Assembly: GCA_963769935.1 (NCBI GenBank)
Contig: CAVYNY010000011.1
Span: 579,032-643,031, forward strand
Reading direction: 5' to 3'
Source: an uncultured delta proteobacterium
GTDB lineage: Bacteria > Desulfobacterota > Desulfobacteria > Desulfobacterales > JAFDCJ01
DNA length: 64,000 bases
How positions within the stretch are numbered: position 1 is the stretch's first letter; each line of letters opens with the position of its first letter. The notes beneath the pieces were generated by a model. The model was given only the letters and a program-made list of their open reading frames with translations. It was not told the DNA's origin and searched no databases. The translations under genes and the position numbers were made by a program. Below, in pieces: positions 10,484 to 21,311 of this stretch.

Positions 10484-10667
10484 ATATTAGTTTTTAAAAA
10501 TAATATAATTAGTAAGCTTTTATGTTTCCATTGGCTGCATCATGGGCTATTCGAAATTGGCTCATGGCTTAAGGCACAAGGCTCACGGTCAATTGTAAAT
10601 TAATTGTAGCCAGTCCCTGAAAATGTTCTTTATTTACCCGCACCACCTAAAAATGGTCCCTGGATTG

Positions 10668-10770
10668 CCTTGCGCCGTGCGCCTTGTGCCGTGCGCCGTA
10701 TCCCGCACCCGAATGCCACCCGCACCCCGCAACCCGCAACTCGCAACCCGCAACCCGCAACCCGCACCCC
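10668..10770. repeat. Heptamer tandem repeats (tgcgccg / cccgcaa)
   Basis: Degenerate 7-nt units visible directly. Confidence 0.75.
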
Positions 10771-10771
10771 G

Positions 10772-12427
10772 TCAAACTTCCATAATAAAAGGAAGTATAA
10801 CCGGCCGCCGTCCGATGGTAAAGAAAAAATATTGCCGCAAGGCGGTTTGTACTTTGGCGCGAATTCTATCCACCCGGTGGGGGACGTCGGATTCAATTTC
10901 CTCGACAACTTCCAAAATTACACATTGAGCGTCTGCGAGCAAATGACCGGTTTCAGTCTCGAAAACAAAACCGCGGGAGACTATTTCAGGTCCATAGATG
11001 ATGATGCCGGTTTCTTCATCAAACGCCATGGTCACGGCAACCAGTCCCTCTTCCGAAAGGACGCGTCTCTCTCTGAGCACGCTGCGTCCGACATCGCCGA
11101 CGCCTTTACCATCGATGAGCACGCGGCCGGTGAGCACTCTGCCGTTGACCCGTCCACCGGTTCTATCAAATTCTATAATCTGACCGTTTTCAGCCAGCAG
11201 AATCTTATTCTCGGCTATTCCAACGTCCTGTGCCAGCCGGGCGTGCAGAATCAGATGGCGGTATTCTCCATGAATCGGAATAAAATGCGTCGGCTTTGTC
11301 AGATTGATCATCAGTTTGAGTTCTTCCCTGAAGGCATGACCCGAAACATGAATATCCGATATTTTTTCGTAGATGACGTCGGCCCCTTTGCGGTAAAGAT
11401 TGTTGATGATTTTACCGATAGCCTTTTCATTGCCCGGAATGAATTTGGAAGACAGGATCACCGTATCACCGGCCTTGATTTTTATCTGTTTGTGAATCCC
11501 CGAGGCCATCCGCGCCAGCGCCGACATGGGTTCTCCCTGGCTGCCGGTGGTTATGATGATAATTTCATCAGGCGGGTAGTCCGGCACCTGTTCAATATCG
11601 ATCTCCATTTTTTCAGGAATGATCAGATGCCCGAGGGATCTGGCAATTTTAACGCTGACCTCGATGCTGCGGCCGTCGAATACGATCTTTTTGCCCCGCA
11701 ATCGGGCGATATCGACGATCATTTGAATCCGGGCGACATTGGAGGCAAACAGGGCAATAATAACGCGTCCATGGTGTTCGGTAATAATTCGATCCAGCGT
11801 CTGGCCGATCTCCTTATCGGATATGGTGTATCCTTCCTTCTCAACATTGGTTGAATCGGATAACAGCGCCAGGACCCCCCTTTCCCCACAGGCCGCAAAT
11901 TTGTTCAAATCGGTAGTCATGCCGCCGGCAGCGCCATGACCGATCTTATAGTCGCCGGTATGGATAAGCAGTCCGCGGGGCGTATTGATCGCCATCCCCA
12001 GGCCATCGACGACACTATGGCCCACCCGAATAAATTCAATTTCAAAGGGACCCAACCGCAGTTTTTCACCAGGGTGAATCTCATGCAGAGCGACCCCTGA
12101 AAGCAGCTCCAGTTCTTCGAGTTTGTGGCGCACGAGTCCCAGGGTGAATGGTGAGCCGAAAACCGGCAGATTAATTTCCTTGAGCAGGAAGGGCAGCGCT
12201 CCGATATGATCTTCATGGGCATGGGTTAAAACGATGGCTGCTGCTTTGGACCGATTCTGCCGGATATAATCCATGTTCGGAATGACAAAATCAACCCCGA
12301 GCATGTAATCTTCGGGAAACATCAGGCCGCTGTCGACCACAAACATGGTGTCCCCGTATTCGAAGACCATCATATTCATGCCGATTTCTCCCAGCCCGCC
12401 CAGAGGGATTATTTTAAGAATTGACAT
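10772..12427 (-). CDS. rnj: Ribonuclease J
   Basis: IIPLGGLGEIGMN, THAHEDHIGA metallo-beta-lactamase motif, HVSGHA, PIHGEYRHL. Confidence 0.96.
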   Translation of the reverse strand: MSILKIIPLGGLGEIGMNMMVFEYGDTMFVVDSGLMFPEDYMLGVDFVIPNMDYIRQNRSKAAAIVLTHAHEDHIGALPFLLKEINLPVFGSPFTLGLVRHKLEELELLSGVALHEIHPGEKLRLGPFEIEFIRVGHSVVDGLGMAINTPRGLLIHTGDYKIGHGAAGGMTTDLNKFAACGERGVLALLSDSTNVEKEGYTISDKEIGQTLDRIITEHHGRVIIALFASNVARIQMIVDIARLRGKKIVFDGRSIEVSVKIARSLGHLIIPEKMEIDIEQVPDYPPDEIIIITTGSQGEPMSALARMASGIHKQIKIKAGDTVILSSKFIPGNEKAIGKIINNLYRKGADVIYEKISDIHVSGHAFREELKLMINLTKPTHFIPIHGEYRHLILHARLAQDVGIAENKILLAENGQIIEFDRTGGRVNGRVLTGRVLIDGKGVGDVGRSVLRERRVLSEEGLVAVTMAFDEETGIIIYGPEIVSRGFVFETETGHLLADAQCVILEVVEEIESDVPHRVDRIRAKVQTALRQYFFFTIGRRPVILPFIMEV

Positions 12428-13124
12428 TTTCAAAACCCCGGCAAATAACAGATCTGACGGCTTCGATAAGATCATCTTTGGTCTCGCGGGTGTAGCCGGT
12501 CGTATCGATGGGCATTTCGACGTGCAAAGACACCTCCCCGGTGTTGATTCGCCAACTGCTTTTGGCCATGATCGGCCAGGTTCCCTGCAGAATGACCGGC
12601 ACAACCGGAACGCCGGTGTCGACGGCCATCACAAAACCGCCTTTTTTAAAAGGCCGAATGTTGCCGTCACGGCTGCGCGTGCCTTCCGGAAATATCATGA
12701 CCGATACACCGTCTTTCATCTTGGCGGCGGCTTCCTTAAGGCTTTCGATGGCCGATTTTCGATTGAAGCGGTCGATTCGGATATAGCCTGCACCGCGCAT
12801 GGCGCGACCGAAAATGGGTATTTTAAACAGCTCCGCTTTGGCAAGCCAGCGGAACTGCACGGGAAGATGCGCCAGAAGTACGGGAATATCAAAATTACTC
12901 TGATGGTTGGACATGTATATGTATGACCGCGACGGATCTACATGGGCAAGCCCTTGGACGGAAACTCGGATGCGGCTGACGACCAGGATGCCCCGCCCCC
13001 AAATTCGGGCGATCAGGTGAACCATATTTCCGGTACGGCTGAAAAATGATATGATAATCGCCAGGATACCCAGAACAAGTGTCCACAGGACCACCCACAA
13101 AAAAATATATGCTGTTCGAATCAT
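12414..13124 (-). CDS. plsC: 1-acyl-sn-glycerol-3-phosphate acyltransferase
   Basis: NHQSNFD (HX4D) and FPEGTRS motifs. Confidence 0.92.
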   Translation of the reverse strand: MIRTAYIFLWVVLWTLVLGILAIIISFFSRTGNMVHLIARIWGRGILVVSRIRVSVQGLAHVDPSRSYIYMSNHQSNFDIPVLLAHLPVQFRWLAKAELFKIPIFGRAMRGAGYIRIDRFNRKSAIESLKEAAAKMKDGVSVMIFPEGTRSRDGNIRPFKKGGFVMAVDTGVPVVPVILQGTWPIMAKSSWRINTGEVSLHVEMPIDTTGYTRETKDDLIEAVRSVICRGFENVNS

Positions 13125-13156
13125 TTAAATAATCGTTTCCGGCCGGCCGGCAAAAT

Positions 13157-13489
13157 TCACGTGATGATCTTAAGCCGGTTGAAAATATCGTCAATTAATG
13201 CAATAAGCCAGCTGAATTGCTCTTCCGTCGCATAGCGGATGCAATCGCAGCGCACCCGGTTTTGGGTGCGTACCAGCAATTCGCAGGCCAGACGGTTGGG
13301 GTCAAGATCGACGGCAACATAGTGGGGCTGACAGGCCTGGTGCGCCTGCTGGACGGTCGTCAACACTTTGGCTGCCAGCGGAATCCAGTAGATACCTTTC
13401 AGAGCAGCCGGGCCATAATGCTCATCAAAATAATTTTTTAGCGCCTGATAATCGGCTGGTCGGAGTTCGTCGATTACATACTGCTTCAT
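13157..13489 (-). CDS. Hypothetical protein
   Basis: Plausible 110-aa ORF (MKQYVIDELR...) co-oriented upstream of plsC, with H-x-x-C-x-P-H and C-x-C motifs. Confidence 0.7.
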   Translation of the reverse strand: MKQYVIDELRPADYQALKNYFDEHYGPAALKGIYWIPLAAKVLTTVQQAHQACQPHYVAVDLDPNRLACELLVRTQNRVRCDCIRYATEEQFSWLIALIDDIFNRLKIIT

Positions 13490-13689
13490 AAAAAACAGAA
13501 TTATCACAGTTTGTTGCGGCGTGCAAGCCGTATATAAACGTTTAGAGGGCGTCTTAACTGTCTCATTCGGCCTTTGTTCACCACCTAATTAGGCGGGATG
13601 GTGAAGTTTAAGTATTATCGCATCCGACCGATATAGTTTCCAAAAGCTTAATGCATGCGGCTGGAATAAAGAAAGGAGTGGTTTGAAAT

Positions 13690-14740
13690 ATGGCAGCAAC
13701 CGGGACGTATGGATCGAACGGAACAAAATGTAGCTATCGCAGCGTTTTTAAATTTGCTCTGGCGCACCTGATTGCCGTCGGGGTCTGCCTTATTGGATCG
13801 ATGGGCAATGTTTATGCCGCCAACGCTGCCGTTCAGGCCGGCTCCGAAACTGCCTTCGAGCACACCTCCAAATTCCGACCGGAAGTGCAGCTGGATTTCG
13901 ATGCCGGATACCGCCGGGATGATCTGAACTGGAATATTGCCGGTGACACCAGCGGGCATAATCCGAATGTTTTATCGGAATTGACTTGGGACGATTTGGA
14001 AAGCTGGCAGGTTAAATTTACTGAGCAGTTTGGTAATTCCCAACATCGTCGCCCTGCGGGGGTATGCCGACTACGGCTGGATTTTCGACGGGGAAAACCA
14101 GGACTCGGATTTTGCGGGCGACAACCGCACCTACGAATATTCCCGCTCCAATAACAATGCCGACGACGGTGATGTATGGGATGCTTCCCTGGCTGTCGGC
14201 TATCCTTACAGGACGAGCCAAACCATCATTGTGACGGTCATCCCGCTGGTCGGCTATTCGCACCACGAACAAAATTTGAAAGCCACCGACGGATACCAGA
14301 CAGTCCCGCCCCTGGGATCTTTTCCCGGCTTGAACAGTTCATACGACACCGAGTGGAAAGGCCCCTTTCTCGGCATTGATATGCGCTTCAGGGCTGGCAA
14401 ACCCAACAATTTTGCCGAGCGCTTTGAAACGTATTTCACCTATGAATATCATTGGGCCGATTATCACGCCAAAGCGAACTGGAACCTGCGGGACGATCTC
14501 CGGCATCCTAAAAGCTTCGAACATGAAGCCGACGGCACGGGCTGGATCATCGGTGCGGGGTTGAATTTTATTCTCCAGCGACACATCGCGCTGAATTTCG
14601 ACTTCGACTACCAAAACTGGAGGGCTAAAGACGGCACCGACAAAGTGTTTTTCGCCGACGGCACCACGGCTAAAACACGCTTAAACGAGGTCAACTGGTC
14701 CACCTACGCTTTGGGTCTGGGGCTGGAAGTGCGTTTTTGA
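13690..14740 (+). CDS. Outer-membrane beta-barrel protein (omptin-like), frameshifted near 14020
   Basis: Signal-like N-terminus, GYRRDDLNWNIAG...PNVLSELTWDDL, aromatic-rich alternating strands, C-terminal Phe (LGLEVRF). Split over two frames. Confidence 0.75.
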
Positions 14741-14786
14741 TTGCGTGAAGTTTTATACGAGGCTTAAGCGGGATAAAAAATTGGGC

Positions 14787-14830
14787 AATCCCCCTGCCCT
14801 GATTTATCTCAACTCAGGATCAGGGGGATT
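14787..14830 (-). terminator. Probable intrinsic terminator between convergent genes
   Basis: aatccccctg...cagggggatt hairpin with a nearby A-run (U-run on the minus strand). Confidence 0.55.
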
Positions 14831-14845
14831 TTAGATGCACAGGGA

Positions 14846-15034
14846 TTAGATCTCTTCGACGGTAATGGCGCTTTCTTCGCAAACCTCGACACAGCTTTCG
14901 CAGCCGAGGCATTCTTCGGCATTGACGGGCACGGATTTGCCATCCTGCATCTCGAAAACTTCAACCGGGCAGACATCCACGCACTCTTCACAACCGGCGC
15001 ACTTTTCTTCATCGACAGTTGGGTTAAAAGCCAT
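14846..15034 (-). CDS. 2[4Fe-4S] ferredoxin
   Basis: CAGCEECVDVCP and CLGCESCVEVC motifs, 62 aa, SD ggag upstream. Confidence 0.95.
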   Translation of the reverse strand: MAFNPTVDEEKCAGCEECVDVCPVEVFEMQDGKSVPVNAEECLGCESCVEVCEESAITVEEI

Positions 15035-15155
15035 CAGCAAACTCTCCTTTCAATAGATTATTCTGAAATGGTGTTGATACCATCCATTTGAGTTCGTCAA
15101 TCAAAAATTCCAGAAAAGAGTCCATATACCAATTAAAAATGGGAGTCAAGCCTTC

Positions 15156-16160
15156 TTAATATTTTTTTTCGTGACGTTCTATTAAAGCGATGAGGGTATG
15201 TTTATATTTTCCCGTCTGAACGAATTGCTCGGCATCCTTGAATTCGGCACAGCGGGCAAAGAATTCGCCGGGAATTTGATGCGGCACCAGATAGACATTG
15301 AGGGAAACGGTGGTTTCCGCCGCCGGAAACTCGATATTTTCATGCCCAACGGCTGCGGCAGGCGCCTGTTCATTCTGAGCCCAGCGCTCCAAATCTAATG
15401 CCAATTTTTGCTGCCAGGACTCACCGGCCGCGGTCTTTCCGATATCCAGCGGTATCGATTCCAAATGCATAACCCTGACAGCCGTCGGCGATCTTTCCAG
15501 CAGATGCGCCATCACCGCCGGACTGGGGGTAACAAATAAGCCGGACGCATCCGGATCCCGGCGATAAATCCGGCTCCAGGCTTTCATCCGGTCGGAAACC
15601 ATATAATCCGCCAAAAGATCCGGCAGCGGCTCCGTCTGCAATTCATCTGCCAGGGAATCTTTTTCCATTTTAAGTTGCCGGACCAAATCCGCATTCTCCT
15701 GATGGAATCGGTATAGCTCGTGGGCTACCTCCTGATTTTGGCGATCGAACTCCTGCGCCAGACATAAAAAGATCCTGGCGGTAAAAGTCGGATCCGTGAT
15801 TTTGCCGGCAGAACCGCCTTGGATTTTTGCTTTAACATCCGCCAGAATCTTGGAGGATGAAAAATCATCAAAAAACGGCAAACCGCCCATGCGCGCCTTT
15901 AGATCGGCGGTCTTGTCGGCGGAGCCCCGCAGGTGCAAATTAGCCCAGTTCAAATAGCTTTTCACGGCCGCAGTCAGCGCTTGTCCATTTTCGGTCACGG
16001 GTACCCGGAGTTCCAGAACACCCTGATGAACCCGGCGCTGCATTGGCTCAGGGACCTTATCGTCCAGGGGTCGATAAACAATAAATTGTCCGAAACAGGC
16101 TGCCACCGCATCTGCCATGGGGTCGGAAACATGGGTAAAGGGAAAATAAATTGGTTTCAT
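15156..16160 (-). CDS. Hypothetical protein
   Basis: Long ORF beginning MKPIYFPFT. No recognisable motif. Confidence 0.75.
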   Translation of the reverse strand: MKPIYFPFTHVSDPMADAVAACFGQFIVYRPLDDKVPEPMQRRVHQGVLELRVPVTENGQALTAAVKSYLNWANLHLRGSADKTADLKARMGGLPFFDDFSSSKILADVKAKIQGGSAGKITDPTFTARIFLCLAQEFDRQNQEVAHELYRFHQENADLVRQLKMEKDSLADELQTEPLPDLLADYMVSDRMKAWSRIYRRDPDASGLFVTPSPAVMAHLLERSPTAVRVMHLESIPLDIGKTAAGESWQQKLALDLERWAQNEQAPAAAVGHENIEFPAAETTVSLNVYLVPHQIPGEFFARCAEFKDAEQFVQTGKYKHTLIALIERHEKKY

Positions 16161-16274
16161 AGTATTCGTTAACCTTTTGATGTGTTTAGCAATCGACAAG
16201 AAACGCGATCAGGGCATTTTATTTTACAGTGTGTTGTTCGAAACTGCTGAGGTGTCAGGTTTCAGGTGTCAGCG

Positions 16275-16505
16275 CCGCCGCCGGCCAAAACAACGGCCGG
16301 TCTGATCATAAAAGAAACTTTTGGAAATCGGACACAGTTGGATTTAATATCACGCCCACTTTCAGGCTTCGCTCTTCGAGCTACGACCCGACAAGCCGTT
16401 AGAGCTCACAGAGACCGCAGAGAACATTTTTCTTTCGCCGCAGGCGCCTGTAAACCCAGACCTCTGTGATCTCGGAGCGCTCTGTGTGAGATGTAGTTTC
16501 ACACG
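16275..16505. repeat. Dispersed ~230-bp composite repeat, copy 1
   Basis: Shares aaagaaacttttggaaat...cagttggattt and acctctgtga...gagcgctctgtgtgagatgtagtttca with 40775-41022. Flanked by tttcaggtgtcag / ctgacacctga inverted arms. Confidence 0.8.
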
Positions 16506-16658
16506 AGGTTTCAGGTGTCAGCCTATGCCGCTGAAGTTTAACCTCCCTGGGAGGGCAGCCGGTTTGATCGGAAAAGAAACTAATGAACAGCAGAATAATC
16601 CGCCTTCGGAACACCTGAAACCCGAAACCTGACACCTGACACCTTAATCACCGTCCGT

Positions 16659-17291
16659 TTACTTCAAAAATTTAGCCAGCGCCTCGCGAATATCCGATTG
16701 GACCGCATGCACCGGCCGGGATGCGTCAATGATCTTAAATCGTCTGGGCTCCAGCCGCGCAAGTTCCAGGTAGCCTTGGCGCACCTTTTCATGAAAATTG
16801 ATGGCTTCTTCCTCAAAGCGGCTTTCTGTTCCGCAGCGGCTGCCGCTGTCAAGCTCCTGCCAGGCGCGCGCCAATCCGATGCGGGGTGGAAGGTCCAGCA
16901 GAAGGGTCAGGTCCGGCTTAAGATCCTGGAACAGGAGCCGGTGCAGGTCCAATATGAATCGGGTATCCAGCCCCCGGGCAAAGCCCTGATAAACCACCGT
17001 GGCATCAAAATAACGATCACACACAACGATTTTACCTTCCGCCAGACAGGGTTTTATCAATTTGTTAATGTGTTGCGCCCGATCCGCCATATACAGGAGC
17101 AATTCGGCGGTCGCTACCAGGTCTTTGCTGGCAGGATCCAGCAGGATCGATCTGATTTTTTCCCCGATGGCCGTGCCGCCGGGTTCACGAGTTACAATAT
17201 GCGGGTGTCCCTTTTCTTCAAGATAGATGCTCAGCTGCCGGATCTGGGTCGTTTTACCGCAGCCTTCAATACCTTCCAGTGAGATGAACAT
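16659..17291 (-). CDS. tmk: Thymidylate kinase
   Basis: FISLEGIEGCGKTT, TREPGG, CDRYFDATVVYQG. Confidence 0.96.
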   Translation of the reverse strand: MFISLEGIEGCGKTTQIRQLSIYLEEKGHPHIVTREPGGTAIGEKIRSILLDPASKDLVATAELLLYMADRAQHINKLIKPCLAEGKIVVCDRYFDATVVYQGFARGLDTRFILDLHRLLFQDLKPDLTLLLDLPPRIGLARAWQELDSGSRCGTESRFEEEAINFHEKVRQGYLELARLEPRRFKIIDASRPVHAVQSDIREALAKFLK

Positions 17292-17495
17292 TAAATTCAA
17301 TCAGCCTTTCGCAAATTGTCTGCTGTTGATAGTCAATTGTATGTCAAATGTTGCGGGTTGCATGTTGTTTCTTCAGTGTTGTTTGTTTCCGTTTTTTTTC
17401 GCTCTGCGCTATGCGCTTTGCTCTCTGCCTTTTGCCCTCTGCGCTCCGCGCTATGCTCTCTGCCCTTGGCTCTCTGCCCTTTCCAGCTTCCGCAT

Positions 17496-18272
17496 TCATT
17501 CGAGCCGCCCAAGCCATTCATCCAACTCCCAATCGGCCAGATTTTCCATGGCGCGATAGTCGGTCATATCGCATTTGACCGGGGTTATGGAAATAAAATT
17601 TTGGGCCAGCGCCACCCCGTCAATCTGAGGATCATTGCCAAATGACTGCCTGTCTTCGCCCTGCCAATAATAGGTGCGATTGCGCGGATCCAGGCGCTTT
17701 TCAACATACTCGGACAGCACTTCCACGCCTTGACGGCTGATCCGAACCCCGGCGATTTCTTTCAGCGGGAGATTCGGCAGGTTCACATTGAGAAAGGTTC
17801 CAAACGGAAGCCCTTTCCTATAAACTGTTGCGCTTAATCGTGCAACAAACAAGGCGGCATCATCATAAAAATCAACTCCGGGCCCGACAATTGAAACGGC
17901 AATTCCGATGGTCCCGCACAGAGCCGCCTCCTTGGCGGCTGCAACCGTGCCGGAATAATTTAAATTGGCACCCACATTGGCGCCCGGATTAATGCCGGAC
18001 ACCACTACGTCCGGCCGGGTGGGCAGCAATTCCAGAATACCCAGTTTAATGCAGTCTGCCGGCGTACCATTGACCGCGTAGCCGCCGTATTCGCCGTTTA
18101 GCGAAAACCGGGTTACACGCAGCGGCTGATGGAGTGTGATGGCATGCCCGATGGCACTTCGTTCCCGATCCGGGGCCACAACGGACACCTGATGGATTTT
18201 AGCAAGGCGGTCATAAAGCGCCCGCAACCCCCGGGCATAGATACCGTCATCATTTGTCAATAGAATGTTCAT
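17496..18272 (-). CDS. surE: 5'/3'-nucleotidase SurE
   Basis: ILLTNDDG, GTPADC, SGINPGAN, YSGTVAAA. Confidence 0.96.
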   Translation of the reverse strand: MNILLTNDDGIYARGLRALYDRLAKIHQVSVVAPDRERSAIGHAITLHQPLRVTRFSLNGEYGGYAVNGTPADCIKLGILELLPTRPDVVVSGINPGANVGANLNYSGTVAAAKEAALCGTIGIAVSIVGPGVDFYDDAALFVARLSATVYRKGLPFGTFLNVNLPNLPLKEIAGVRISRQGVEVLSEYVEKRLDPRNRTYYWQGEDRQSFGNDPQIDGVALAQNFISITPVKCDMTDYRAMENLADWELDEWLGRLE

Positions 18273-18778
18273 TTTAACCAATCATTAACCAATCAATTTT
18301 TTCCGTGCGATCTGTGATGGAGTATATATTAATCCAAACATAACGCTTTTCGAAGAAATGCCTAAAATTTCAAACAAGCCTCGATTGTTCAATAAAAATG
18401 AATGAGCCCAGCGACACCACCATTTTAGGCATTTTAGGCATTTTAGGCACTTTAGGCACTTTTCATTCGTCCCGAAGAAAGGGTTGCCCCTAAAACCCAC
18501 ATATATACAATGCGCTAAACCATTCGATATAATATAACACAACTATATCTTGACTTTTTTCGTCGACTTGGATTTATATCTTAAATCCTGATATGATTCA
18601 AGTTGCATACTTGCCCTGTCCGGGACAACACGTTTGGATTTTGAATTTTGACCGTTCGAATTTGTTTCGAACTTCGATTTTAGTCTGTCAGCCGAATCTG
18701 AAATCTGCCTGTCAAAGGCGTGAATCAGTTGCCCGGACCTGACTTTTAATCTGAAAACTCTTGGCTGTCATACCCTGA

Positions 18779-21223
18779 ATGGTGCAGGACAAATCCATCT
18801 TAAAATCCCATATGAAGGGCCGGAGGCCGAACGCCGGGTTCAGGCGGCAGTTGGTATCTCCGATCTGCCTGTTCATCGCTGCTGCGCTCGGCATCCTGGC
18901 CGTTTATCATATGATTTCTCCTTTGCCGGCAGCAGGGCAGATAGGTGCTGATAATAGCCAGACAGAGAAAATCATCAAGAATCCAAAGATTCCCTGGAAC
19001 CTGGAAGCCGATGAGATCTTTTATGACCAAAAATACGATGCCTACATCGCCAAAGGCAACGTAATGATATCTAAAGCCAATATCAAGCTGCTGGCAGACT
19101 TTGTCCGATTCGATCAAAAGAACATGAAGGCCTATGCCGAAGGCAATGTGGTGTTGACCAACGGGCAGGACATCCTGAGCGGCACGAGCATGGACATCGA
19201 CCTGGTAGATCAGGTCGGCACAGTTGAAGACGGATCTCTGTACATCAAGGAAAACAACTATCATATAACCGGGGGGGTCATCCAAAAGGTCGGTGAGAAG
19301 ACTTACACCATCGATGATGCCACCCTGACCACCTGCGATGGTGACAACCCGGATTGGAAGATAACCGGAAAAAACGTTAAGGTTGACGAGGACGGCAGCG
19401 GCTCCGCCCAGCACGCAACCTTATGGGCCAGGCATATGCCGGTTCTGTACACGCCTTACTTTTACTATCCGGCCCGCAAAGATCGACAATCCGGTTTACT
19501 ATGGCCCGAAGGCGGCCACTCCGACCGTTTGGGTTGGTTTTACGACCAGCCTTTTTTCTGGGCTATCGACAAAAGTTCGGATGCCACGTTTTACGGGCAG
19601 TACATGTCCGAACGCGGTACGAAAGGGGGTCTGGAATACCGTTATGATCTGGACGATTGGTCCAAAGGGGCCTGGCAGCTCGATGGTTTTATCGACAGCA
19701 AAACCGACGATGGCGGCGAGTCCAGCAAACAATGGGGATTTGAAGACGGCACCCAGGATATCCTGCGCAAAAACCAGGATCGCTACTGGCTGCGGGGAAG
19801 CCATCATCAACAATTGCCCTACGACTTCCGGGCCGTGCTGGATATCGACATTGTCAGCGACCAGGATTATACCCGTGAATTTCAAGACGGCTATATGGGC
19901 TGGTCGCAATCAAAGGCCTATTTTGAGGAGGTTTTCCATCGCAACCTCAACGACTACAATGACCCGATCCGAACCAACCGCTTGAATTTCAACCGGCTGT
20001 GGCCCAATTATACCTTCAATGCGGAATTGCGCTACGATCTGGACAGCAATATTCGCAACAGCCACCAACCCGATCTGACCCTGGAACAGCTTCCGCTCAT
20101 CCAGTTTGACGCCATCAAACAGCGTATCTCCGCATCCCCCTTTTTTTACAACATGAATTCGCAGTATATTTATTACTGGAGTGTGGACGGACAGCGAACC
20201 CAGCGAATCGATGCCTATCCGCGGTTTTATCTGCCCTTCAAGCTCAAGTCTTATCTCACACTCGAGCCGTCGATAGGGCTGCGCGGAACCGCCTGGCGCC
20301 TGGATAAAAAAGAATTCGGACCGCAAGACAATCAACAATATTACACTCGCGGCCTTTACGACACGCGTCTGGATCTCTTTTCGGAAATGTTCAAGATATT
20401 CCGCTTGGAAGGCAAAACGTTCGATGCTATCAAACACACCCTCCGACCCCGCATCATTTATGAATATATTCCGGACATCGATCAGACAAACCTGCCGAAT
20501 TTTGACGCCATCGATAGCAATGTTAGCGCCATTGATCGCATTGAAAAGCAGAATCTTATCACCTACTCCCTGACCAATACCCTGACATCCAAAACCAGAA
20601 AAAAGGGCAGCTTTGAAATTTCCCGCGTCGTCAACAAAGATGAATCAGCGGTCATCGACTCGCCGGCGCAATACAATTATAATGATTTTTTCCGCCTTGC
20701 GTTGCAGCAAAGTTACGATATAAATGAAGCCAGGAACAATAATCCGGGAAGGCCGTTTTCTCCGCTGAACGCCAGGCTGGACCTATATCCGGGAAAATAT
20801 ATTGCGTTGGATGCCACGGCGTTGTGGTCCGTATATGAAAATAAATTTTTATCCCACAACGTTGGGACAAATATCTGGGACGGACGAGGGGACAAACTGA
20901 CCATCGATTACCGCTATACCAGGCAGTCCGATGAAATCACTTCAAAAAATGCCCCTTTTATTAATGCAGTCACTTTAAACAAAGCCCATTCTATTTTTGC
21001 AGATTTGGAGCTTAAGGTAACCGACCGGCTCCTGGTTTCGTCACTTTATGAATATAATTTTCTGGATAACACCCAGGTCCAATTAGGTTTTGGAATCAAT
21101 TACAAGGCGAATTGCTGGGCCATTAACGGCCGTATACTCGAAAAGACAAACGTCGATAATACCAGTAATTTGAGTTATACATTTCAAATTCAACTTTTCG
21201 GGTTGGGTCAGTTCGGAATCTAA
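18779..21223 (+). CDS. lptD: LPS-assembly protein LptD
   Basis: 814 aa with OstA-like N-domain (TTCD...PDWKI), R-x-SGLL-x-P motif and beta-barrel C-domain. Confidence 0.88.
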   Translation: MVQDKSILKSHMKGRRPNAGFRRQLVSPICLFIAAALGILAVYHMISPLPAAGQIGADNSQTEKIIKNPKIPWNLEADEIFYDQKYDAYIAKGNVMISKANIKLLADFVRFDQKNMKAYAEGNVVLTNGQDILSGTSMDIDLVDQVGTVEDGSLYIKENNYHITGGVIQKVGEKTYTIDDATLTTCDGDNPDWKITGKNVKVDEDGSGSAQHATLWARHMPVLYTPYFYYPARKDRQSGLLWPEGGHSDRLGWFYDQPFFWAIDKSSDATFYGQYMSERGTKGGLEYRYDLDDWSKGAWQLDGFIDSKTDDGGESSKQWGFEDGTQDILRKNQDRYWLRGSHHQQLPYDFRAVLDIDIVSDQDYTREFQDGYMGWSQSKAYFEEVFHRNLNDYNDPIRTNRLNFNRLWPNYTFNAELRYDLDSNIRNSHQPDLTLEQLPLIQFDAIKQRISASPFFYNMNSQYIYYWSVDGQRTQRIDAYPRFYLPFKLKSYLTLEPSIGLRGTAWRLDKKEFGPQDNQQYYTRGLYDTRLDLFSEMFKIFRLEGKTFDAIKHTLRPRIIYEYIPDIDQTNLPNFDAIDSNVSAIDRIEKQNLITYSLTNTLTSKTRKKGSFEISRVVNKDESAVIDSPAQYNYNDFFRLALQQSYDINEARNNNPGRPFSPLNARLDLYPGKYIALDATALWSVYENKFLSHNVGTNIWDGRGDKLTIDYRYTRQSDEITSKNAPFINAVTLNKAHSIFADLELKVTDRLLVSSLYEYNFLDNTQVQLGFGINYKANCWAINGRILEKTNVDNTSNLSYTFQIQLFGLGQFGI

Positions 21224-21311
21224 TTTTTGGATGCTGGATGCTTGGATGCTGGATGCTGGATACTGGATATTCAATCTTCAATCTTCAATCTGTCGATAAG
21301 GTAATATCTAA

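Noticed and set aside
16399..16635. Small similar ORFs containing ETTSHTERSE (also 40874-41065)
   Set aside because: They are translations of a non-coding dispersed repeat.
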